Source: a virus
Virus record (IMG/VR): IMGVR_UViG_3300029787_004704
Location: 43,869-107,868 of that record
Reading direction: 5' to 3' (one strand)
DNA length: 64,000 bases
In this document: positions 1-7,467 of the stretch, piece after piece
Layout of the letters: each line of letters starts with the position of its first letter
Position numbering within the stretch: position 1 is the stretch's first letter
Notes under the pieces: model-generated
Database searches by the model: none
Seen by the model: the letters and a program-made list of their open reading frames with translations, nothing else
What the model was told of the DNA's origin: nothing
Translations under genes and position numbers: made by a program

Positions 1-305
1 CATTCTAAACAAGCAGATGACGATGCGTAAATTACTCTGATGTTGTGTTCATCACACTGCTCAAACACTTTCCTACATTTAACCACATTTTCGTTCCAAT
101 ACAAATTAGGATTTTTAAAACTTTCTCGTATGTCTGCTTTGGCAGCTAGATGTATGCAAAGATCTGATTTAGGATCAATGTCAAAGTTGGCAATGTCTTT
201 GTTGATTAACAAATCCCAACAGTCTACTGTATGTCCATTTGCTTCTAAATGATTACGCAGATGTGTGCCAATAAAACCATGTGATCCTGTAAGTGTGATG
301 TGCAT
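1..305 (-). CDS. NAD-dependent epimerase/dehydratase (partial, runs off window start)
   Basis: Manual translation from ATG 305: MHITLTGSHGFIGTHL (GxxGxxG Rossmann motif)...HLAAKA...IYASSS; not in the ORF track because it is truncated. Confidence 0.85.
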   Translation of the reverse strand, partial: MHITLTGSHGFIGTHLRNHLEANGHTVDCWDLLINKDIANFDIDPKSDLCIHLAAKADIRESFKNPNLYWNENVVKCRKVFEQCDEHNIRVIYASSSACLE

Positions 306-309
306 ACGT

Positions 310-942
310 CTATATATAGAAGTTTCTGTTGGACGTTAATGATTCTTGATTGTTCACTTTGACTGCTCTTGGAGTCACCACTTGTATGTTACAGTATAGA
401 TCTTTCACAAACATGTCAGCGGCAGTCAGACCTTCTTCATATGCTCCACGTATTAACCGTTCAGCAGTTTTTGGTTTGATTACGTATCCATAGGTGCCTT
501 GTAATTGTTGTTGTCCTTTGCGATAATGTTCTAGTTTTTGTATGCTAGGTTCTTGTCCTAGATCAGGATCAGGCTCGACAAATCGGTGTTTGTCCAAATG
601 TAGTAGTTCATCAAACGGTGTTTTGTATGAGTCTGATACCACAATAGAATCGTGTTCAAGTATGACCACTGTTTCATCTAGTTCAACACATTTTTTCCAC
701 ATTTCCAAATGTGAAATCATGCATCCTCTGACACCACCTTTATTCCATTTTATTTTGTATAACTTTGGCCCGGGAAAATATGGTTGTAAATTTTCTCGTT
801 TGATATATTCATCTGCACGTGAAGGTGTGTACCCTTCAAACATCTCAGCGTCTAGGCCATGTGCTTTAGCACTGACCATTGCGTCAATAGCTGGTTGATG
901 TGTGCTTTCAACTTCTCTTAAAAATAATACAAACGCTTTCAT
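310..942 (-). CDS. Glycosyltransferase family 25-like protein
   Basis: GCMISHLEMWKKC...VILEHD and GTYGYVI motifs typical of GT25. Confidence 0.8.
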   Translation of the reverse strand: MKAFVLFLREVESTHQPAIDAMVSAKAHGLDAEMFEGYTPSRADEYIKRENLQPYFPGPKLYKIKWNKGGVRGCMISHLEMWKKCVELDETVVILEHDSIVVSDSYKTPFDELLHLDKHRFVEPDPDLGQEPSIQKLEHYRKGQQQLQGTYGYVIKPKTAERLIRGAYEEGLTAADMFVKDLYCNIQVVTPRAVKVNNQESLTSNRNFYI

Positions 943-1352
943 TTTTTGATAACGGACCCATGTACTCTTACTCTTATGTGGCCGTTGTAGTAATCATCTG
1001 ATTCAAGTACACCTCTAGCAAACTGTTCTTTTGCTTCAAGATAATTGCATTCGCCTTTAGATTTGCATAGATGAATTATTTCTCTTTTGAATTTTTCTTT
1101 GCCTAGTTTGTTTACATCTTCGATCAGCAAGTCACTCGAACCATAATAATCTTGCCAGTCACTTTCTACTGTGTGTCTGCGTTTATTTTTTCTGCCTTTG
1201 AGAGGTGGTCTTGACCTTTTGAATTTTGCCAATTTCTTCCCCACGTACATTCTACCTGTTGTGGTGTTGGTTATGAGATATACAAATCCCACTACACCGT
1301 CTGGTAATGTTTCTACTAGTTCTCCTTGATATGTCCAATTGACTTTTGTCAT
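939..1352 (-). CDS. GIY-YIG family (Seg-like) nuclease
   Basis: GFVYLITN...MYVGKK, YYGSS and a conserved YN near the C-terminus. Confidence 0.8.
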   Translation of the reverse strand: MTKVNWTYQGELVETLPDGVVGFVYLITNTTTGRMYVGKKLAKFKRSRPPLKGRKNKRRHTVESDWQDYYGSSDLLIEDVNKLGKEKFKREIIHLCKSKGECNYLEAKEQFARGVLESDDYYNGHIRVRVHGSVIKK

Positions 1353-1374
1353 GCTTTATTTTATTATATACTAT

Positions 1375-1908
1375 ATGCATGATGCCACACAACCAGTAAT
1401 CGATAGTATTCTCCAGTGGATGGAAAAGTTTGTAGAAGTACCACATCCATCATTTGGTAACATGCCTCCATGTCCTTATGCACGGCAATACCGAGTGCAA
1501 GACAAGATTAAAATTGTTGAAGCACCGGTCAATACCAAAGGCAATCCGCCCGATATTTGGGAGACTGCTGAACAAGTGTTTGAAACATGGAACGATGACT
1601 TTGAAGCCATCATTGTGGCACGTGAAAACGTGGCCCGTCGATATAATAGTGCAGAAATGTTATCGGCTCGAATAAAAGAATTAAATGACAAATACAAATC
1701 AAACGATTTAGTGGCCCTGGAAGATCATCCAATGGATCCCGAAGTGATTGACGGCGTACAAATGAACCATGGCGGTTTAATTCTTGTTGTAATACAACGT
1801 TTGAGCAAGATAAACAAACACTCAGAGATGCTCAAAGGTGGAGAATACTACGATAAATGGTCGCAAGAAAATTTGGATGATGTTGTAAATTGGCGGTTTA
1901 AGAAATAG
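1375..1908 (+). CDS. Hypothetical protein, DUF1415-like (PPCPYA motif)
   Basis: W..FV...PPCPYAR and DHP motifs; ATG 1375 follows a TTGACT-N17-TATTAT promoter (1339-1367). Confidence 0.55.
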   Translation: MHDATQPVIDSILQWMEKFVEVPHPSFGNMPPCPYARQYRVQDKIKIVEAPVNTKGNPPDIWETAEQVFETWNDDFEAIIVARENVARRYNSAEMLSARIKELNDKYKSNDLVALEDHPMDPEVIDGVQMNHGGLILVVIQRLSKINKHSEMLKGGEYYDKWSQENLDDVVNWRFKK

Positions 1909-2086
1909 ACCTCAATGCTTCTAATTTGTCCATAGCTGTTGCTAATACATCCAATTTCTTTTCAGCAGTGGCAACATAATCAATATGTTCTGCAACACCT
2001 ATCTGCTTTTCTAAAAAAATATTAAGATCTGCTTTGGCAACTTCTATATCACCTTCTAGTTTTTTTATCAATGCTTGTTTAATCAT
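1898..2086 (-). CDS. Small coiled-coil hypothetical protein
   Basis: 62-aa ORF with an AGGAG Shine-Dalgarno upstream. Confidence 0.7.
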   Translation of the reverse strand: MIKQALIKKLEGDIEVAKADLNIFLEKQIGVAEHIDYVATAEKKLDVLATAMDKLEALRSIS

Positions 2087-2175
2087 TTTATCTCCTTTTT
2101 GCTATTGCATACTATTTGCAATACGTTATTCATAAGAAAAGGAAACACAAGGTTTCCTTCTTACTGCTACTTATA

Positions 2176-2853
2176 TTAGAATGTTATCTTAAAGTCAATA
2201 TCTTTTTGTATTGCCGAATTGTATGCATCTTTATCATCACTCCACCCTGATCCAGTCCACCATTCAAATCCAGGAATGGATGCTTTCCATTTGCATGACT
2301 TGTCGTAACTGGCTCCTAGATAGAACCATTCATAACCTAGTTCATGTGCATGATGTATTTCGTGCCACAGACTGTATTTGCCCAGTTGCAGTTTGAAGTC
2401 AGCATAGTTCCACGCCATTTGCCAGTTGTCTAGACTGTTGATATACGTGGTCCATATGGAGAATCCTATAAGATCATTTTTCAATCTGTACAACCACACA
2501 GTGTCTGCATGACCAATATCCTCCAGTGGGTTTGGTTCCAACATGGTGTAACCGTGATGATCAAGATATGCTTCATATATCGGCATCAATTGAGGCATCA
2601 TTAATTTTGCTTCTAGACCATAAATTTTTTCAGCAATTATGTCAGGATCAGTTTTTGGTTTCTTTGCTTTTTTTATAAATCTGTCTATGTTGATTCTAAC
2701 AGCACGAACTTGTTGCCATGCATCTTCTAATTGTATAAAACCTTGTGCCAATGCTTCGTCTGATTCTTGGGGGTGTACGTCTGCCCACACTTTCATGAAC
2801 TGTATGTCTTGTTGATCTAGTTTGCCAAATAAATGTTCATACCAAATTTTCAT
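2176..2853 (-). CDS. Bpt/ATE1-like aminoacyl-tRNA-protein transferase (GNAT fold)
   Basis: C-terminal LGKYSLWHEIHHAHELGYEWFYLGASYDKSCKWKA resembles the ATE_C signature (LGxxsil.EI..A...g..y.YLGy....c.kM.YK); likely start MKIWYE at 2853. Confidence 0.65.
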   Translation of the reverse strand: MKIWYEHLFGKLDQQDIQFMKVWADVHPQESDEALAQGFIQLEDAWQQVRAVRINIDRFIKKAKKPKTDPDIIAEKIYGLEAKLMMPQLMPIYEAYLDHHGYTMLEPNPLEDIGHADTVWLYRLKNDLIGFSIWTTYINSLDNWQMAWNYADFKLQLGKYSLWHEIHHAHELGYEWFYLGASYDKSCKWKASIPGFEWWTGSGWSDDKDAYNSAIQKDIDFKITF

Positions 2854-2870
2854 GTGTAAGTATCCTGTAT

Positions 2871-3218
2871 ATGGATATCTATCACATTTTTGCAGATCAT
2901 CACCCTGAAGTGGATTCTTATGAATTCGCTGACAAGATGAGATCATTTTTAGATGGCATGGTGAGTTTAGGAAAAATGCAAAATTACAGATTAACCAGAG
3001 CCAAACTAGGCTTCCGTTCTATGGACCTTCCAGAGTTTCATGTCATGATGGAATTTGTAAACATGCAACAACTGGATGATGCTATGACTTCTGTGTTACG
3101 CAACGAAAAAAGTATTGATGAAAAACATGTCAACTTCAATCAATTGGTTGATAGTGAAACCATACAACATTTTCTATATAGAGACTTTCCGGATCAGATC
3201 GACGACAGCAAATCTTAG
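2871..3218 (+). CDS. DUF6614-like hypothetical protein
   Basis: MDIYHI...YRLTRAKLGF...EFHVMMEF..MQQLDDA pattern; divergent from the transferase gene. Confidence 0.6.
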   Translation: MDIYHIFADHHPEVDSYEFADKMRSFLDGMVSLGKMQNYRLTRAKLGFRSMDLPEFHVMMEFVNMQQLDDAMTSVLRNEKSIDEKHVNFNQLVDSETIQHFLYRDFPDQIDDSKS

Positions 3219-3234
3219 GTCGGTATAATATAGT

Positions 3235-3565
3235 TGTGCAAGGCAATCAAGGCACTTCAAAAAAATCTTAGGCAACATAACGTCTCCGAACACAGCGAAC
3301 TACTCTGTAACAACAGCGGCGAATCGCTTGACGTCCAATATTCATACGGTATCTACGTTTACCACCGCGTAGTATAAAAAAAGCGAGACCATAGGTTGGT
3401 ATAATCCTCCGTTGCAACAATGTCTCTGGATGCTTGGCTGTGCGACTCACATCAAGAAAAACATTCACCTGGCAACAGGTGGATACTGACTTAACAATCT
3501 ACATCAAGCAACGGCATTATAAAATGCTCGAGTGCAAACGAAGAGCGATTGACGTAGTCAATCTT
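3235..3565 (+). ncRNA. Candidate structured non-coding RNA (or structured origin)
   Basis: ~345-bp gap in a gene-dense genome; TATAAT at 3224-3229; multiple helices including a GCAA tetraloop stem at 3463-3484; long-range pairings; terminal hairpin at 3547-3563. Confidence 0.55.
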
Positions 3566-3792
3566 TACTTGTTGTCCACTTTGTGAGCATCATAGTCATG
3601 CATGAAATCATTTAATGTTATGTCCGCACGTCTTAGATCAGTGTGTTTTTCAAAAAAGTCAAACAGCAAATTAGCACACTCTTTGGGAGAATGTGTCATC
3701 AGCATCTTTTGTAGGACGTAGTTGGTTTTGTTTCTGCGTTGTTCAGTGTTCAACACCGCATGTTTGGGAACAGGAGCAAAGTTGTTCTTCAT
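3565..3792 (-). CDS. Hypothetical protein
   Basis: 75-aa ORF in line with the upstream minus-strand genes. Confidence 0.55.
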   Translation of the reverse strand: MKNNFAPVPKHAVLNTEQRRNKTNYVLQKMLMTHSPKECANLLFDFFEKHTDLRRADITLNDFMHDYDAHKVDNK

Positions 3793-3834
3793 AGTAGTAG
3801 CTATATTAACTGTGTTCCCTATTAAGTTATAGTA

Positions 3835-4275
3835 TTAAAATTTTATTTTCTGCTTGGCAAACTGTTTGCCAAAACCACCGCCTTTTAGACCCTTTTTCTT
3901 GAACTCTTTTTCTTTGGCGTTTATCTGGTCAATCATTTGTGCTATTAGTCCACGCACATATTTTGAATTAGGCTTGCCCCCTTGCACAATTTTGTCTGGT
4001 TCAACATTTAAGCCAAAACTTTTGATACCTGCTTTTTTAGCCACTCCTTCGGCCCAATCAGCAAAAAATGGAGCTATTGCTAGGTCTGGATTGTCGTTCA
4101 ATGCTTTGTTTAATTTAGAGTTAAGATCGTTCAGCATGGTTTCCATGTCTTGTAGTTTTGCTGTAAGTGGAATAGGGCCTTTTAGCGAATCTGCGGCTTG
4201 CCCAATGCCTTGTGCGGCAGTGCCTAACGCGGCACCAACTTTGGGGTCATATTCAAATAGGTCTAAAAGTTTCAT
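3835..4275 (-). CDS. Hypothetical protein, possible internal head protein
   Basis: Preceded by TATAAATA late promoter; N-terminus MKLLDLFE resembles a cleavable capsid-targeting sequence. Confidence 0.65.
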   Translation of the reverse strand: MKLLDLFEYDPKVGAALGTAAQGIGQAADSLKGPIPLTAKLQDMETMLNDLNSKLNKALNDNPDLAIAPFFADWAEGVAKKAGIKSFGLNVEPDKIVQGGKPNSKYVRGLIAQMIDQINAKEKEFKKKGLKGGGFGKQFAKQKIKF

Positions 4276-4280
4276 ATCAA

Positions 4281-4288
4281 TATTTATA
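4281..4288 (-). promoter_or_regulatory. T4-type late promoter TATAAATA
   Basis: Exact consensus 5 nt upstream of ATG 4275. Confidence 0.7.
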
Positions 4289-4514
4289 GTAAAGGCAGTT
4301 TAGTGTTCTTTGTGTTCTCTATGTTCTGTTTTACAAGTTCAGCCATCATGGATCTGTCTTCAGGCCCTAGCAAAAATGCTGTGTTGTAATCCAACGACCC
4401 ACGCATGTACCAACACAATTTAATAAGTTCATCCTTTAAATTTTTGTTTGTGTTTTCAAGTTCTTTAAAATATTCTTCAAGTTCAGAAGGCGAGAGAGTT
4501 AGGATCTTGATACG
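4284..4514 (-). CDS. gp51-like / frameshift extension of gp26 (76 codons, -1 frame)
   Basis: Open frame RIKILTLSPSELEEYFKELE...LCWYMRGSLDY...LPLL*; entered by a -1 slip at TTTTTTC (4514-4520); the first ATG is 36 codons in. Confidence 0.6.
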   Translation of the reverse strand, partial: RIKILTLSPSELEEYFKELENTNKNLKDELIKLCWYMRGSLDYNTAFLLGPEDRSMMAELVKQNIENTKNTKLPLL

Positions 4515-5362
4515 AAAAAATTGGAGTTATCCATTGATATAGGAGCGTCAAACGACGCTGGAGCACCTTTTTCTATTTGTTCCTTTGTTGGTGTAATAGT
4601 AATAGGTTTAATTCTGCCTAAATCTTTTTGTACATCTAATCTTTTTTTAATTTTGTCGGCAGTGGCACCATCCATGTTGTCCACAAATTCTTCAATGTAA
4701 ACACGATCAGTGATAGTTTGTCCATCAGCTGTGACCTCCAAAATAGATTCTTTCATGTTAGCCAAAGTTAAGTTGGTCATATGGCCAAATATTTCAGCAA
4801 ATTTTTCCTGTTTTTGTGATGCATTTAATTCATTGGTATCAATGACTTGTGTTATAATTCTTTGTTGTTCAAAGGTGCGTAATTGTAAGTTTGTGAGTTG
4901 ACGATAACTCATTGGCTTTATTTTGAAAGACACTTTGTCTGCAGGCACATATCCATCAAATGGTGTCTTGTCAATTTTATCTCCTGCTGTACGCAAATCA
5001 ACATTGTAGACTACTTTGTCTTCTGTGTTGGGAATAGTCACATTGATATCCATCATGTGGCCATAAGTTGCAATACGTATAGCAATCATTATGGAGTCTA
5101 AATCTAACACCGGCATCATCCATGGATCTTTGATTCCTGGCACACATGAACGTATGACATTTATTGTTGATTCTCCGTTTAACAGTGCGTCTGGTGTATT
5201 CATGGTCATTTCATCTTTAGCAGTCATAGGATATACTGCAAGTTCTTTTTCGTTGTCAAATACTAAAGCTCCTTCAGGATACCAATCACCATTAGATGGC
5301 AGAGTTGTGTATATTGCTGGTTGCCTAAAGAACTTTGCTAAAGGGTTTTGTGAAGTTGTCAT
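4499..5362 (-). CDS. T4 gp26-like baseplate hub / tape-measure chaperone
   Basis: LPSNG...VYPMTAKDE...DLDSIMIAIRIATYG motifs; ends in NFF. Confidence 0.75.
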   Translation of the reverse strand: MTTSQNPLAKFFRQPAIYTTLPSNGDWYPEGALVFDNEKELAVYPMTAKDEMTMNTPDALLNGESTINVIRSCVPGIKDPWMMPVLDLDSIMIAIRIATYGHMMDINVTIPNTEDKVVYNVDLRTAGDKIDKTPFDGYVPADKVSFKIKPMSYRQLTNLQLRTFEQQRIITQVIDTNELNASQKQEKFAEIFGHMTNLTLANMKESILEVTADGQTITDRVYIEEFVDNMDGATADKIKKRLDVQKDLGRIKPITITPTKEQIEKGAPASFDAPISMDNSNFFVSRS

Positions 5363-5412
5363 AATTTATAGTCCATAAATACTTACTATAACAATATTTA
5401 TGTACGTATAAA

Positions 5413-7422
5413 ATGGCTAGTTTTAAAGAGGTTGATATAGAAGGTGTTCAGGTAAAGGTTCCTCAAGATGGTTTTGCATCTGAAGAAACTCTACAAGAAT
5501 TGGTAAAAGCACTGGGTGGGCGTAGTGCCGCCAGTGGTGGTACCGGTGGAGCCAAAGCACTGGCCGGAGCCACAAAAGGAGCAGGCAAAGACGTAAAAGC
5601 ATTTGGTAAATCTTTGTTCAAAATGAATCCTGCCCTTAATGCCTTGGAAACAGGATTTAATCTGTTGGGATCTGCTATCACAGGGGCAACTGGTTTAGTA
5701 AAGTCAATGGCAACAGCCGATGGTTCGTTTCAATCTCTAGGTGCTGTGGTAGATTTTTCAACTGCCCAAATCACAAAATTTACTAATATGATTCCTATAT
5801 TTGGAGGATTTTTTACAGCCGTGGCAGAATCTTCGGCCGAGATGGTGAAACTTAAATTGGCATTTATGGATCTCCAAAGAGACACATTCCAGGGTCTGTC
5901 TGAAGCAGGTTTTAGATTGAATGGAAATTTAGGTGATACCTTAACCACAGTTTTAGCGGCGAATATCAGTTTGGATCAGTTTGGAAATATAGTTGGTGAA
6001 AACACTGATGGTTTGAGAATATTTGGTGGTACAATTAATAATGCCGCAGACCAATTTGCAAACAGATTAGGAAGGCTAACTGATCAAGGATCAGATGTGG
6101 GTATGGGATTGCGTCTGCTAGGATTAAATTCAACAGCTATTGCTGAAGAATTTGCCGACTTTGTTACAACAAACAGATTGAATGCATCTTTAATGACTGG
6201 CAATGAACGGCAGTTGAATGATCAGTTGCTTAAACGTACTAAGAATGAAAGAATAATAACTGAATTGTCTGGCAAGAGCATCAAAGAACAACGTGCGGCA
6301 CAAATGGCAGCTGTGGCTGATTCTGCCTTCCAGGCCGCTTTGGTAGGCATGGGAGAACAGGGAGCAGAATTGACCACATTTGTGGCAGGATTGCCAGGAC
6401 CAATAGGTGATGCTGTGAAACAGATTATTGCATTCGGCACAGTGACTGATGAACAGTCAGCAAGACTGATAGCAACTATACCAGGGTTAAGAGAAACTCT
6501 TGAAAATAATATTGAAGGCATCAAAAGCGGAAATATAAGTTCAAGCAAAGCAGTGGCAGACACAATCCAATTGGGGCAGAATGCAATTGAAGACGGCAAC
6601 GGTTTGTTCTTGGCAAAAATATCCATGATTGATCCTGCCTTTGCCGCAGTTGCTGATTTTATCATGCAAGGAAGAGCGTCGGCAATACAACTTGAAAATA
6701 TCAACGATGTGTTAGGTACTTCGTTCACTGAGCTTGGTCAGGCACAAGAAGAGTTTAATGCACAACATGATGAACAACTTAAGATAGCAGAGGATCTAGC
6801 CAAACAGGGCAAATTGAACGAAGAAAATCTTAGAGCGGCAGGCATGGATGATAAAACGATCGGTATATTGTTAAATGCTGTAAAAGTAGAAGATGCTGTG
6901 GGGACGTTCCAAGCAGGATTATTCCAAACAACAAATAATCTTGGTCTGTTGGATGACGGAATTACTGGATTGATTGATACTTTAAACAAGATGCTTAGAA
7001 TGATTGATCCTAATTACGTAAACCCTAACGAATTAGCCAGACGAACAAAGGAAGTGGCAGAAAAGGGCGGAGATCAATTATTTGATCCGCTACCAGGTAT
7101 GGTGTCACCTCTAGAAACAGATTTTAGAAAAGCAAGATTTGGAGGAGACATACAACAGCAAACAGAGGCATTGGTCGCTGAGGTAGGAATAAAGACAGTT
7201 GAGGCCGCAGTACAAGGCGGAAGTATGAACGCTGACGAGGTTAGGGAGTACAAGGATAATATGAAGGTCTTTGACCGTGAGTATGATGAGGATGGCAAGG
7301 TTATAACAAACGGATCTGGACCAAACATGCAAACAACTAATGACATATTGATTGATATCAATAAAAATATCAAAAAAAACAATACAGAAATCCACGGAGG
7401 CCTACTAAACACCAAGAATTAA
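5413..7422 (+). CDS. Tape-measure-like / baseplate hub protein
   Basis: 669 aa, Ala/Gly/Leu-rich and predicted helical; adjacent to gp26 and portal. Confidence 0.55.
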   Translation: MASFKEVDIEGVQVKVPQDGFASEETLQELVKALGGRSAASGGTGGAKALAGATKGAGKDVKAFGKSLFKMNPALNALETGFNLLGSAITGATGLVKSMATADGSFQSLGAVVDFSTAQITKFTNMIPIFGGFFTAVAESSAEMVKLKLAFMDLQRDTFQGLSEAGFRLNGNLGDTLTTVLAANISLDQFGNIVGENTDGLRIFGGTINNAADQFANRLGRLTDQGSDVGMGLRLLGLNSTAIAEEFADFVTTNRLNASLMTGNERQLNDQLLKRTKNERIITELSGKSIKEQRAAQMAAVADSAFQAALVGMGEQGAELTTFVAGLPGPIGDAVKQIIAFGTVTDEQSARLIATIPGLRETLENNIEGIKSGNISSSKAVADTIQLGQNAIEDGNGLFLAKISMIDPAFAAVADFIMQGRASAIQLENINDVLGTSFTELGQAQEEFNAQHDEQLKIAEDLAKQGKLNEENLRAAGMDDKTIGILLNAVKVEDAVGTFQAGLFQTTNNLGLLDDGITGLIDTLNKMLRMIDPNYVNPNELARRTKEVAEKGGDQLFDPLPGMVSPLETDFRKARFGGDIQQQTEALVAEVGIKTVEAAVQGGSMNADEVREYKDNMKVFDREYDEDGKVITNGSGPNMQTTNDILIDINKNIKKNNTEIHGGLLNTKN

Positions 7423-7431
7423 ATTAAATAG

Positions 7432-7460
7432 TTGCAATTAGGAGCAAACTAAGGTATAAT
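7432..7460 (+). promoter_or_regulatory. Sigma70-like promoter upstream of portal
   Basis: TTGCAA-N17-TATAAT, 7 nt before ATG 7468; TAAATA also at 7425-7430. Confidence 0.5.
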
Positions 7461-7467
7461 ACAACAT

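Noticed and set aside
939-1352. GIY-YIG gene (and the HNH gene at 30308) as intron-borne mobile elements or RNA-guided nucleases
   Set aside because: Both are free-standing, with no flanking intron or adjacent guide array; no direct link to the RNA candidate can be shown from this sequence
2103-2162. Two short inverted repeats (TATTGCA/TGCAATA; AAGGAAAC/GTTTCCTT)
   Set aside because: Most simply a terminator or operator between genes; too short to claim a distinct element
2854-2946. N-terminal extension of the transferase ORF as given in the track
   Set aside because: It overlaps the divergent gene at 2871; ATG 2853 gives a non-overlapping start
3268-3468. 66-aa minus-strand ORF within the structured gap
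   Set aside because: Atypical Arg/Cys-rich composition and no RBS; the region is better explained by RNA structure
3219-3565. tRNA, tmRNA, RNase P or group I/II intron identity for the gap
   Set aside because: No cloverleaf/CCA end, tag-reading frame or RNase P P4 motif recognised, and no interrupted gene flanks it (GTGCG at 3440 is likely chance)
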